Notes: generated from the sequence alone by a model not told the origin. 63,394 nucleotides of DNA, filler included, from Globobulimina sp. (GCA_003354225.1; 41 parts of 41 records of this genome joined end to end with filler, not necessarily neighbours in it); one strand, 5' to 3'; positions 13,170 to 26,370 are shown, numbered from the whole stretch's first letter. Numbers and translations are program-made.

Positions 13170-13850
13170 ATGCTCATGAGCTGGAGACCAAAAAAGTATG
13201 AACAAGTAGTCCAATTACAAAGATCAAAACAATATAACTATATCATTTATGGCAGTTTAAATGTATCATCACAATTATTAACTGTTTCTGTGACAGATAC
13301 ACTAACCCAAAAGGAATGGGAACAGCAATTTGCTCAAAGTCATTTCCCAAATCTTACTATTAATTTCATTGGCAAAACATTAATTGATGCAATTCAACCA
13401 TTGACAGTTAAAAAACAATGCAAAATTACAATATTTTCAATTTGGTGTTATTTAACCATTGATAATGGAGCAGCTTTACCATCATTTGCCTTGCCATTAA
13501 AAAATGCTCCCTCACATTCTACAAAACCCAACAAGAATAGAACAAGACTCAAGAGAGCAATGACTGCCGCAACACACAATAACTTAATACCTCCACCAGT
13601 CACATTATCAATGTTAGTGACTTACAGCAAATTAAATTACTGTGATGAAAAGAAGCAAAAACACAGTAAAGTTGCACTATTTGAACCAAAAGAACCAGCC
13701 ATTCCAAGGCCAAAATCAAAGAGTGTAGTAACGTTAACTGCCACCATTACACCCAATCCAGCTCCAATTTTAACTCCAACTACCACCAAAACGCCAGGTT
13801 TACCACCACCGCCACCAAGAAAAGGGAGCACCAAATACAAAATCACAAAT
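13170..13850 (+). CDS. Hypothetical protein with a beta-rich N-domain (weakly XRCC4/CCDC61-head-like) and a Pro-rich tail, partial
   Basis: LTVSVTDTLTQKEWEQQF; poly-Pro. The domain call is tentative. Confidence 0.5.
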
Positions 13851-14069
13851 NNNNNNNNNNNNNNNNNNNNNNNNNNNNNNNNNNNNNNNNNNNNTTAATT
13901 AATTAANNNNNNNNNNNNNNNNNNNNNNNNNNNNNNNNNNNNNNNNNNNNCTTCTGCTTCTTATTATGCAGTTAAATTATGTGACGAGAAAGGTGTATCA
14001 AGTTTGACCGCAATGAAATGGGCTTTTCAAACTTTTCTACTTGGTTACCCTTCCTTGAGACTTATTATT

Positions 14070-15199
14070 GCCTTCAAACCCATCAAATACCGCAAGGCCG
14101 AGGCCTGTGTGGTTGAGCAAGTCCGTGTGATCAAGACCAGGCAGAATGAGTACAGCGAGCAAGAACCGGTGATTGCGACCTTAAAATTGCGCTATAATCG
14201 TTTTCCAATCATCGGTGATAAATTCGCGTCGCGCGCCGGACAGAAAGGGACATTGGCGATGCTCTGGCCGCAGAACGATATGCCCTTCACTGAGAATGGC
14301 ATTGTGCCGGATTTGATCATCAATCCACATGCTTTTCCCTCGCGAATGACCATTGGAATGTTGCTGGAATCGATGGCGTCGAAATGCGGCGCATTGAATG
14401 GCGAGTTTTATGACTCGACGCCGTTTAAGTTTGATGAAGAGAACCGTGCGGTGGACCATTTTGGGCGGAAGTTGTTGCAAAATGGGTATAGTTATTATGG
14501 CGCGGAATCGATGTATTGTGGTACTACGGGCGTGGCGATGAAGGCTGATATTTATGTCGGATTGGTATACTATCAACGACTGAGGCATATGATCTCCGAC
14601 AAATATCAAGTTTTGTATTGTATTTGTATGCTTTTATAGCCATTAAAATGTGTATCAAATATCCGAATTATGAATGTGGATAATTTTTGATTTACCATAT
14701 GGCTTAAATTATTTTTTTAGCGTAAACTGAATCTTGCACCAATTTGCTGCATTTTATTTTGTATGATGGTGAATTAAGTCAGTTTTTGTACATTATTTAG
14801 GTTCGCGGCGGGCAGGGCCCAGTGAATAATTTAACAAAGCAGCCGTTGAAAGGGAGGAAGCGGAGAGGAGGTATCCGTTTGGGCGAAATGGAGAGAGATT
14901 CGATAATATCGCATGGCTGTGCTTATTTGTTACATGACCGCTTGTTCGATAATAGCGATGGAGAGATTCGATGGATGTGTAAGAAATGTGGCACTTTTTT
15001 GACTGTGTTTCTCAATCTAAAACAGGGCAAGCAATGGTGTAAGATCTGTAATAATGCGGATCAACTGACGCGGATTAATGTGCCTCATGTTTTGTCGTAT
15101 TTGTCGAATGAATTGGCCGCTATGAATGTCAAATTGATATTAAAAACTAAAGAAAGTCAAGCTGCCCTGAATACGACTAATCGAATTGCATTGACTTAA
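14070..15199 (+). CDS. RPA2: RNA polymerase I second-largest subunit C-terminus (intron 14610-14800)
   Basis: GDKFASRAGQKG, NPHAFPSRMTIG, YYQRLRHMISDKYQ|VR, GGIRLGEMERD, CxxC...CxxC, ELAAMNVK. Confidence 0.93.
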
Positions 15200-15618
15200 T
15201 TCGTTTTAAATTGTGATTGATTTGTTGTATTTTTTTTCTAAATGTTGAATTATAATTATATTGTAACATTCATTAATTTCTTACCGTCATTACATTTATT
15301 ACCGTCGTTTGAAACCAATATATATATAAAAAAGAAAAGAAAGAATAAAAATTACACTAAAACTAGTTTCTGATAACTAACTTTTTATATAAACAATAAA
15401 NNNNNNNNNNNNNNNNNNNNNNNNNNNNNNNNNNNNNNNNNNNNTTAATTAATTAANNNNNNNNNNNNNNNNNNNNNNNNNNNNNNNNNNNNNNNNNNNN
15501 ATTTTCTGATCTACACGCGGATAGAAATAAACCTAAAGAAAGCAGCAACTGTGGAACTGCCATATGCATTGAAGTGATTGAACTGATTGTAGTTCGAAAA
15601 CAGTAATAGTACGAAACA

Positions 15619-16702
15619 ATGACAAATGTACACTCGTGGAGTATTGGTAGCAGTTGTTTAATTTTTTCGCGTACCAAAGAGAAATGGTTTGAAGGTGAGA
15701 TAATCGGAATGAACGGGTCCAACAATGATGAATGGATGACTGTGGAATATAATAAACATACAAAACTTATTCAACGCAATTGTAAATTTGTAAAACCAAT
15801 TCCATTCGATCATCCATCCCAATTCACACTCGGATCAAAATGTAAAATATATTCAGATATTACCTTATCATGGTGCTACGGAACAATTATTCATATATTT
15901 AATGACAAACAAGGCGAATGGCTTAAGGTTAAATATAATGATACCAATGATAATGAAAACAGTGCACATAAAATATGTGAGATACAAAGATATTCAAATG
16001 ATATCAGATTGATACCAAAACAAGGTAGACAATAAAACAATTTATGTATACAATTTATATCTTTATATGTACATTTACACAGAGTCAGACGAGAAGAAGT
16101 CAGCCAAAGCAAATGCGAGAGATTTGGGGATATTTACAGATATAAAACATATTTTGATCAATGAAGAAACGTTAAAAGCACGAATTATCGAATTGGGGAA
16201 TGAGATAACAGCATATTATGTGGGTGATAATTACAAGAATGACGAATTAATTTGTATTGCAATATTAAATGGAGGATTTTTGTTTTGTGCTGATTTAATC
16301 CGCCATATAAAAATTGCACATCGTGTCGAATTTATGAAAGTAAAATCTTATTCAGGCTCAAAACAATCTGATAATATTAAGGTATTATTAGATATAAATT
16401 GTATGCTCGACAATAAAAATGTTTTAATCATTGAAGATTTGATTGACACTGGAAATACAATGATGTGGTTGCTTCAATATTTGAAATCAAAAAAAAATGC
16501 AAAATCTATTAAAATTGCATGCTTATTACAGAAAAAAACTAACCTTTTAAGCAAAGATTTTAATGTAAAGATTGATTGGATTGGCTTTCCAAATGTTGCC
16601 AATGAATGGATTGTTGGATATGGCATGGATTATAATGATCATTATAGACATTTGCCATATATTGCGTCATTGAAGGAGAGTGTGTATGAAAATGATCAGT
16701 AG
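15619..16702 (+). CDS. HPRT: Hypoxanthine-guanine phosphoribosyltransferase with two N-terminal Tudor/Agenet-like repeats (exons 15619-16024, 16083-16702)
   Basis: ILNGGFLFCADL, VLIIEDLIDTGNT and WIVGYGMDY motifs. A phase-1 GT-AG intron 16025-16082 joins the two ORFs. Confidence 0.85.
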
Positions 16703-17050
16703 ATCAATATCAATATCAATGGTGGCATGGTGTTGTGTGTTGTGTGTAAAATGTAATGTGTGTACATGTTTTTTGCTTCTTTCTTTTCCTGTTACTTTAC
16801 ATGCAGTGTTATTATTGACCGTTGAATTTAAATCATTGACTGCGAGTTGAATGCACAATAAATATTTATGACAGATCATTTATTAATATTCGTGATCAAA
16901 TGAGTTATTTTGAACAATTTGATACGGCCCATAAAAACCATGGTATATATNNNNNNNNNNNNNNNNNNNNNNNNNNNNNNNNNNNNNNNNNNNNTTAATT
17001 AATTAANNNNNNNNNNNNNNNNNNNNNNNNNNNNNNNNNNNNNNNNNNNN

Positions 17051-18012
17051 ATTTCATACAATTTTTTTGGGTGCATAGTCATTCTGAATCAAACATGAAT
17101 GATTTGGTCGATATGCTTGCAAAATGTGCAGCAGGTACAGTAAAATTATGTTTTACGGAAGAAATTAAAAATAAAAGCGTTGAATGTGAGAATTTAAATG
17201 GCAAACAATCAAAAGATAAATGCAAGCACAATAGCGACCATTTAAACGACGAGAAAAAGTATGAAATGGATTTATTTGTTAATCATAATGAACATATCTT
17301 GGCCAATGATCGTAAAACATGGCTAAACCCCAACAACTTGATCGCATATAAAACGATTAAGTCCGAGATTAAATATCTAGCAAATAAATATGACGAACGT
17401 TTTTGGAATGAGAATAAATACGGATTATATTATAGCACATATCCGTATGGTTGGGGTAGGCATTATTACGAATTAAAAATTAAGTGGGAACCTAAAAAGT
17501 ATGCACAGGTAATCCCATATTTATCGATGCTGGAGAACGATATTCGTGTCATGTGTATGGCAGATCAATTGCCATTAAATACGTATATGGCTTTTAAGGC
17601 CAATAATTACGACTTCCTCCCTTATTGCAATCAGCATAGTGATTGCCATATGCACTTACACGATGAGACAATTATGCACTATTTTAGTGAGTGCCAAGCT
17701 GATCACTACATCGCTCCACGTAAGAAATTAATGGACACAGTCAAGCAAATATATGATGACTATAATAATGATGTAACAAATGATAGAAACAAAAGAGATT
17801 TCGATATAAATGGCGGGATAAACCATTTACAAAAATACTTATTTTTCCCATCATTTAAGCTTGAAATCAAAGAAAGAGTCAAAATAATCAAAGCGATAGT
17901 TTTATATATCAAATCTACGCGGCATGATCTAATATTAATGTATAAAAATGGCAAATGCAAAAAAGTGAATGATAAACCAATGGAATTTGATATTAATGAA
18001 TTATTTTTGTGA
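17051..18012 (+). mobile_element. Non-LTR retrotransposon ORF2 3' end (RNase H C-terminus + CCHC-type zinc finger)
   Basis: WVHSHS...NDLVDMLAK resembles the RNase H WVxxH..GNExAD.LAK motif. C..C...ETIMHYFSEC finger. A/T-rich sequence downstream. Confidence 0.7.
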
Positions 18013-18907
18013 TATAATCTAAATCACGTTATTTTTATTTTATTTTTAATAAATTAGTTGATTGGCTGCAGTAAATTAGCAAATATCAAACAAACAATCA
18101 ATAAAAAACTAGTAAAATATACAAAAAAAAATAAATAAAAAACAAAACAAAAATCGATATATGTAAATAAAAAAAAAACAAACAAAAATTACCTCTGATG
18201 ACCTTATTTTTATTGAGATAATATAAATATTAATTTTGGTATTTCCGGCAAGTTTGGTGTGTTTAACACCATATCAATGTTAAATCTATTAATTCTTTAA
18301 TATTTTCAATTATTATTTACCATTACATTCCAATTTTTTCTCTTTATTAACCAGTTACCAATTTTTTCCATATCCATATTAACCATATCCTATAATGTAG
18401 AATTTTAATTTTATTCCAGTTACTTTTAGTTATTCGACTTATTTTTGTAATAAAAATATCTGTATTATGAGCAAATCATTTATGCGGTGGATTTTATATN
18501 NNNNNNNNNNNNNNNNNNNNNNNNNNNNNNNNNNNNNNNNNNNTTAATTAATTAANNNNNNNNNNNNNNNNNNNNNNNNNNNNNNNNNNNNNNNNNNNNT
18601 GTGGATGCATTTCGCAAAAATACTGCTCATCCACCAATGGATCGCCACCTTCATTCTCAACGCCGGAATTTTCAAAGTCATTTCTTGTTTTTATCATTAT
18701 TTGATACAATGACACCATGATGAATGTGTGATTGTGGATTGTCAGTTTCTTCTGGATCAGAATTATACACAATAGCAGCACCAATACATATATTGTGCAT
18801 GACACCGCGTAGTTGATGGTTCTGGTGTTTCAGTTTTGTTGTATTCAGTACGTAGAGTTTTTTTAGTGAACAACATTCATTGTCGACCAAGTATACCTCA
18901 CATTCAA

Positions 18908-20048
18908 ATGATAATGTCTATTTATCTGCTGACGTTATCTGGTTTATACACTCAAAGAGCACTCGGAACACGTATGCAGAATATATTACCACTCAAACAT
19001 GCAGAACAACAACGTTAATAACACCCACACAATGAATGCAGAATCAGACTGGGACACAACCGCCCTGTGGGAAGATAATTTTAATACATTCGATACCACG
19101 TATTGGACGAAGGGTAGAAATGAGGCTAGCTCCCCAAAGCATATTCAATGGTATAGTGATAGTAACGTCGTTATTGAAAGTGGAAAGTATGTAGATTTAT
19201 ATGATATACTTTTGTATACGAATCACATAACCTTGTATTTAATTATCAAAGGTTAGTTATCAAAACCCATTATGGACAAGGTAACAAACATAATAATGAG
19301 TCCGCTGATTGGGCATCGGGCGCCATCACCACTGAAGGCAAGAGAACAATGCTGCCACCTGTGAAAATCGAAGTCGTCGCCAAATTGCCTGTGGCTAATC
19401 TGAATGACGGCAATGGCAATTATTTACCTTGTTTACATACTGCGATATGGTTGCAAAGGGACACTGTTTACCCCACTGGGAGTACAGATGGCAGTACAGA
19501 TTGGACTGACCCAGTCTCAGGGCGTCCTCTTTGTTACCAAGAATATGATATGATGGAACAATGGGATGGCACATGGGCCAATTCACGAGTTAGTGCTGCT
19601 TATCATTTTAACAATGCCGGTGGCTCACAATATGCTACGTGTGCAGCAGCCTCAGCTACATATACACCATCAGACGGAAATTTGTATAAACATTACGAAA
19701 ATACACCAGCGCCACCCTACGGAAGGTAGATGGAATCCTGGATCCGGAAGAGACCCGGATCTATACGATCATACGGACGCAACTATTGTCAACACTTTTA
19801 GCATTGATTATGTTGGCGTATTCAAGCCGGTGGGGTGGACTGCTGCAACAGCAATGTCGAGTCCAACTGATCATTTTTGGTCATTATCAAACGGTGGTAA
19901 AGATTCGTATGTGTTTAATATTTATCAAATGATTGAAATGAATGTATTGGTGTCAGCATTGGTGACAATGGTTATGTTGTGTTGTTTTGTGTGTATTTTG
20001 AAGAGATGTTATTGGGAAAAGAAAGGATATGCTGAGGTTAAATTTGAA
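18908..20048 (+). CDS. Secreted, membrane-anchored GH16 beta-glucanase-like protein (introns 18972-19041, 19187-19251; frame break near 19720)
   Basis: Signal peptide, WEDNF, SGAITT, AIWL, catalytic EYDMME (ExDxxE), FSIDYV.VF and a C-terminal TM helix. Confidence 0.78.
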
Positions 20049-20148
20049 NNNNNNNNNNNNNNNNNNNNNNNNNNNNNNNNNNNNNNNNNNNNTTAATTAA
20101 TTAANNNNNNNNNNNNNNNNNNNNNNNNNNNNNNNNNNNNNNNNNNNN

Positions 20149-21597
20149 AACAGACACGCTATCGACAGAATCAAGCAACAAAGGGCTATGAAGATCAAGG
20201 CGAAAAAGTCCACCAAAACTGCTGCAAATAGCACCAAAACCACACTTAAAACACCCAACAATAACAACATAAATGCACCTAACTCAGATGACAAAAATGA
20301 TAAGGAATTGACCCCCGAACCCGTCCAACCTGAGCCTGCAGCGAAAAAAGCCAATAATCCACCCACAAAACACAAAAGCAAACAGCAGGCAGCGCCACAG
20401 CGTACAGTGCAAAAACGTAAAGTCAAGAATGGCAAACGCAAAATACGAGAAAATATCTTTGAAACTGCCGCTTCTATGAAACTAACAGAGCAAACACCTA
20501 AATTTGACCCTGTTTCTGGCAGCAACAAACCGCATAAATCAACGTATAAAATCACGCCCAAAAAGAAAGCAGCAAAACCAAACGTGACGCCCTCAGAGCT
20601 AGTACTTAACGAACGCGACACGGAGAGCTCCGAGGACAGCGACTCCAGCTCTTCCAGTTCCAGCTCCAGTTCCAGCGTCAGTTCCGCCGAGGAGCTGAAA
20701 AACATGAAACACGTCAAACGCAAATCCAACTTCCGCATCAAAACCATGAAACACGTCCATTCGCCGCGCTTTGCCAACAGAAACAAAAAACGAGGCTCCA
20801 GCATCAGTAACAGCAAGCACAGCGGCACCGGTTTGGAGATCATCAAAGCCAACAAAACCAGCAAAACTGCGAAAAAAAGCGCCATTGAGCGCGACACAAC
20901 AGATGAAAAAACTGCCTTTGCTTTTGGAGACAGCGAGGTGTCGCAGCACGACGATAATGTCGCGAGTGGAGTGTACGAGAAAACGCGCGATTCGCAGCGG
21001 ACAAAGACCCCGCAACATATGCCGAGCACATTGCGGCGCAAAGTGGACGACTCTGTGCGGTTCAATGCCGCGTTGATGAGCCAAAGTGTGCGGAATTTGC
21101 CGGGAGAGGTCAAGCGGGCTGCAGCTCACACAAACGATGCGACGGTGGGCCGTAACAAAGCGCCGTCGCTGACTTATGCGGACTATAAACGTATGCGGCA
21201 GCTGGAAGAGGAGAAGCAGCAGAAACAGGAGTTTGGGAGCAGCATCTCGTGGATTTGCGGCGACGTGATCGGAGTGGGCGCCTTTGGTACGGTGTACAAA
21301 GGGATGGAGAAGAAGAGCGGCAAATTGATGGCCATCAAGGAGTTCAAGTATACGTTCAAAAACCGCGAGAAGACGCTGAGTGAGTTTGAGAAGGAAACCA
21401 AGATTATGAAGAAGTTGAAGCATGTCAACATTGTCGAGTTTTATGACTACAAAGTGGATGAAAACAAGCGTTTGATTTACTTGATAATGGAGTATGTGCC
21501 GGGCAATTCCATCGAGAGCATCTATGTGAACAAAGGCGCGTTTTCAGAGGTTATGATTCAGAAATATGTGTATCAGATTATCAATGGTTTGCATTAT
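20149..21597 (+). CDS. Ser/Thr protein kinase (STE11/MAP3K-like) with a long disordered N-region, partial
   Basis: W..GDVIGVGAFGTVYKG, MAIKE, LKHVNIVEF, IMEYVPG. Confidence 0.9.
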
Positions 21598-21697
21598 NNN
21601 NNNNNNNNNNNNNNNNNNNNNNNNNNNNNNNNNNNNNNNNNTTAATTAATTAANNNNNNNNNNNNNNNNNNNNNNNNNNNNNNNNNNNNNNNNNNNN

Positions 21698-22110
21698 TAG
21701 TTAAGAAAGGCTATGCAGACAGAATTAAATTTGTTAGCAGCACAGATCGGTGTGATATGTGTTAGGTCAGACATAGAGTTAAAACTAACTTGGATACCTA
21801 GGAGACAAATAAGAAAGCAGATGCTTACAGTAGAGAGGTTGACATGGATGACCGGGTGATAAAAAAGCAAAATCTATGGTTTTTTAGATGAAAAATTCGG
21901 TCCGCACGATTCTGATAGGTTTGCTAATGCAGAGAACAAGAAGTGCATAAGTTTCAATTCCCTAAATTGGGAGAAGGAGTCCAGGGGGTGGACGCTCTAA
22001 ATTTCGATTGGAGGGGTTATAATAATCGCGTGGTCCCTCCACCATATCTATTATTAGCCAAAGTCGTATAACATACATATGTTTGCATGCGGGGCAGGAG
22101 GGTATGTTAA
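21698..22110 (+). pseudogene. Decayed DIRS/tyrosine-recombinase retrotransposon RNase H + methyltransferase-like domain
   Basis: Across several frameshifts: LTWIPR / NKKADAYSREVDMDD / LDEKFGPHDSDRFANAENKKCISFNS / GVDALNFDW..YNN.VVPP. Confidence 0.78.
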
Positions 22111-23506
22111 TCATTGTTTTAGACGAGCAATATCGCGTAGGCGATACACCCAGGGGCATCCCGGGATTTCCAACGTCAGTCACACGACTTCTGTTTATGG
22201 GTGAATTAAAATTAAGATTTTTATTTTGGACATTTTTTGAAAGACCGCTAACTGGTCTTTTAGGACGAGATAAGAGACTCGCCAAAGATGAGTTATTTTG
22301 AAAGAAGGTGTCTCCCGTAGGGGACAAAGTGGCATAACCGGTTTCGCTTGATAAACAAGCATCATCAGATGCGACACCATCGTCAATATGCGACTCAATA
22401 GATTGAGCTGAACTCCCAAATTTTGACATTTTTAACAAAATTCTACTTAAGAATTATGATCCAATCTTTACAATTTTCTTTGTTTTTGGTTACCGAGACA
22501 GAGCTTGGTGATATTACTTTGATCAGATGCCGATTTTTGGGCAGTTCTGATAGTGAATGATTTGACAAAGACTGCCTTGACCAGTTTGATTGACTGATCA
22601 GTGCCTGTGGTTTAGGCTAAGTTGGCAGGAGCAGCCCGTTCAGTAGGGAACTGAACTTTTGTGATCGATGGGCGATCAACAACTGCTATGTGTGAATGTT
22701 ATTTTGTGAAAGTATAAACCTTTAGTGAAGGAAAGTTGAATTTCTCTTGCTGTTCACACTGAACGCTTATGAGCTAGCGTGAGAACTTTTCGACTAGACG
22801 CGACTGGATGGCCAGACGCTCAGAAACTCAACTGACGTTTTCGTCTGCTCTGCTGGTATTTATTTCAGATATTGGATCAATATCCCGCCCAACCTTTGTT
22901 TGACCAGGTGTTTAAGGTCTGTTGGGACTCTGGCCTTTAGACAGCCTGAGGGTTCGGGACGCCCTGATGGGCTTAGGGAGGGAGAGATAATCCCTAAACA
23001 AAAGACGAGCACAACTTGTCAATAGTAGGATTACAATCAATGATAAGAAAACTGCAGGTGATGTAACAAAAAAACCAGTGTATCTATCAACAGATGTATG
23101 TATGTACGTCTCTCAGGAAAAGCACAGTATCACATACACTGTGGAANNNNNNNNNNNNNNNNNNNNNNNNNNNNNNNNNNNNNNNNNNNNTTAATTAATT
23201 AANNNNNNNNNNNNNNNNNNNNNNNNNNNNNNNNNNNNNNNNNNNNCAAAGCCAAGACAAATCTATAGCAAACTGTTTCTGGATTTGCAAAGCGTTTCTC
23301 AGATAATTGAATTAAATGTATACAACTTATCGACCAGGGGGGGGGGGTATCTTTTGGAATATATCGTTAATGCAAACGTCATCATATCTCAGCCTCGGAT
23401 TGGACGGACTCGAAAACGTTTTCTGATTTTGCTTCAAAGAAACTTTTTGCTTCAAAGAAACTTCGATCGTGATCACTGCTAATCTACTAGAAATAAAGCA
23501 AACACA

Positions 23507-24174
23507 ATGAACAGTGTAGTATTAGATTCCGCATCTGGTTGTACCTCTTTATCCTGCTATTTCTTTGCGTATATTGGAGTGGCCTCAGCTATTGTATTTG
23601 CGAGTATGTCCAAGTCTCAATTTAATACTAAAATACCATATTATAAAACTAATAAAATATAGATATGGGGGCAGCATACGGTACGGCCAAATCAGGAGTA
23701 GGCATATCATCGATGGGTGTAATGAATCCGCAACTTGTAATGCGAAATATGATATCGGTTGTTATGGCTGGTGTTTTGGGCATTTATGGATTGATTATAT
23801 CTGTTATTTTAAGTGGAAATAGTTTAGCTCATATTTTCATACATCATCAATGTGCAATGCATGCGAATTTGCGCGCCAATTTAGCACATTGATGATTATG
23901 ATTTTGGCAAAATAAAACCTATAAAACACACCAAACAGTTGTGGAGCAATCCAGTTATACGGAATATAAAGCATATGCCCATTTAGCATCCGGTTTATCG
24001 GTAGGTTTAAGCGGATTGGGTGCGGGGATGGCGATTGGTATTGTTGGGGATGCGGGCGTTCGAGCCAATGGACAACAGCCACGGTTATTTGTAGGAATGG
24101 TTTTGATTTTAATTTTTGCCGAAGCACTTGGCCTATATGGCTTGATTGTCGCTATTGTCTTATCACAGCAATAG
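23507..24174 (+). CDS. ATP6V0C: V-type ATPase 16-kDa proteolipid subunit c (exons 23507-23603, 23663-23821, 23939-24174)
   Basis: [49 protein letters not shown]. Two in-phase GT-AG introns. Confidence 0.96.
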
Positions 24175-24795
24175 GTCTAATTATAATATTTATAATTCAT
24201 GTAATCCTATTTCGATACATAGACATTTATACTTTGATTACTTTCATTATTGTATTTACAAACTCAATCAGATCAATGTCATAAAATTTATGTGACTGCG
24301 TACGTGTTTTTCTTTTAATTTGTTGATAGATTTTTCATTTTTGCCAATAGATAATAAAAGTATTAAAATAATTATCAGTTTTATGCAATTTGTGCCTGTG
24401 TCTCCATCTTGCTCCATTTGGTTTTTGTAAGTTTAATTACATTAATTTTTATTCAATTTTTTTTCTGTATAATTATCAGGAATCTCTCAAGCGAAGAAAT
24501 AAAATTGGTTTTCACAGAAACAGCTAACACTAATTTAGTTACATTTATGGGACAATTATACAAAGAAAATAAAAACTCCATGAAATTACTGGAGTTTTAT
24601 TTTGCTTGAAAAAAATAATCGCAAGTTATCGCAACCGATTCATTTTACAACCGATCCAAACAAAAAAAAAACACAATTTCTTTGTTTTATTGTAGNNNNN
24701 NNNNNNNNNNNNNNNNNNNNNNNNNNNNNNNNNNNNNNNTTAATTAATTAANNNNNNNNNNNNNNNNNNNNNNNNNNNNNNNNNNNNNNNNNNNN

Positions 24796-25733
24796 TTAAC
24801 TAATACCAGGTGATGTCCTTCATTTGTATCTAACATTAGCCGTACAAGTGTCATCCATTTGTTATCGATCTCAATATAATCATTGCATGATATCATCAGT
24901 GTGTCATCCAACTCCTCCTCATCCTCATCACTCTGAGTCGACTGATCATCGGTGTTTAATAGCTCTGGATCCATAGTAGGGTCGCTAAAGATTTCTGTGT
25001 CAGATTTAATATGCAAATTATATTTATTATGATATGATAAATTGTCCGCGTTCTGTTTTAATGCTTCTATTAATTTCTTATAATCAAACGTTTCTGAGCT
25101 GTGCTTCTCTTCTTGTTCAATGCCATTACGTTTTAATGCGTTTCTGCCGTGCCAATATTTCTCAAATCTCTCATTTACAGTCTGTTTTTTGGCTGTTTTT
25201 TCATCTGCGTTTGCTAATTCATTTAATTCTGATTTGGCCACGTGAACAATTTGAAAATCGCGTTTCTGGCCTGAATGTAATATATATTCGATAATTTTAC
25301 TAATATTGAATTTTTCTACCGATTTATAATGATAGTCATATTCATTCGGAACATGTAATATGAATTCATCTGAGATGGAACTCACTGTAATGGCATGGAT
25401 TTGATATAATTCTATTCTACGTTTTAACTTTCCCAATGGTGCTTTTTTCATATTGCTGCTACCTTCGCCAATGTTATATATTGCCTTATCTGTTATTATT
25501 AATAGTCGTCGTTGTTCCTTTCCTTTGTGATTGATTTTTAAAATCGAATTTGAATATACTAACTTCTCATTTTTTTCTCCATTTTTTTTCAAAAATTTGG
25601 CGCAATCTCCATGATTTTGTAATGATAATTTATCAAATGAAGCACTATTCGTGTTCTCCACTGTATTCATTGGATTGGTACTTGTATTATTGCCATCGTT
25701 GTTGCTTGGACTGATGTGTCTTATCAAATTCAT
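24796..25733 (-). CDS. Myosin-I TH1-like (PH-fold) domain protein without a motor domain, 3' partial
   Basis: KINHKGKEQRRLLIITDKAIYN...KRRI....I..I.VS..SDEFILHVP.EYDY. Confidence 0.72.
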
Positions 25734-25782
25734 TGTTTTAGTTTTCTAAAGGTTTTGCAACACGTGCTCGGCCTGACTGATC

Positions 25783-26151
25783 ATGTCAACCTATTTCATC
25801 TTTTCAAGGGAAAGACGGTCGCAATTGTTAGTACCACCACCACAACAGCCATTTTATCAACAACCAAATTATCAACAACCGCAGCAAGTAAATTATCCAA
25901 ATTATGGACCAGCTGCACCGTCATCATTTGTGGTGTCATTATCATCGCCGTGGATTATTGCGATTGGAGGTTTCTTAGCAGTGATATTGGTGTTTAATAT
26001 CGTGTTTATGTGTTATATGAATTGTAGAGGAAGAGGGCGAGGAAGAAGAGCTTCGTTGAATAGAAGACGAAGAAGTGGTTATACATCGGTGAAAAATGTG
26101 GATTCGGAGGATTTCAATGATTCGGAAGTAAATGCTATTAATGTAGAGTAG
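25783..26151 (+). CDS. C-terminal fragment of a single-pass membrane protein
   Basis: Gln/Pro-rich linker, TM helix WIIAIGGFLAVILVFNIVF, basic cytoplasmic tail. Confidence 0.55.
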   Translation: MSTYFIFSRERRSQLLVPPPQQPFYQQPNYQQPQQVNYPNYGPAAPSSFVVSLSSPWIIAIGGFLAVILVFNIVFMCYMNCRGRGRGRRASLNRRRRSGYTSVKNVDSEDFNDSEVNAINVE

Positions 26152-26370
26152 ATTAATATATATTTTTTTTTGTACCTTCTCCAAAATAAAATAAAACGCT
26201 TAGATGCAATCCAAATTAAAATGTAGATTAAATGTACATTCTGANNNNNNNNNNNNNNNNNNNNNNNNNNNNNNNNNNNNNNNNNNNNTTAATTAATTAA
26301 NNNNNNNNNNNNNNNNNNNNNNNNNNNNNNNNNNNNNNNNNNNNACATATATATATATGCATATAAATAG

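Noticed and set aside
20097-21423. Long antisense ORFs (338 and 274 aa)
   Set aside because: Shadows of the kinase gene on the plus strand.
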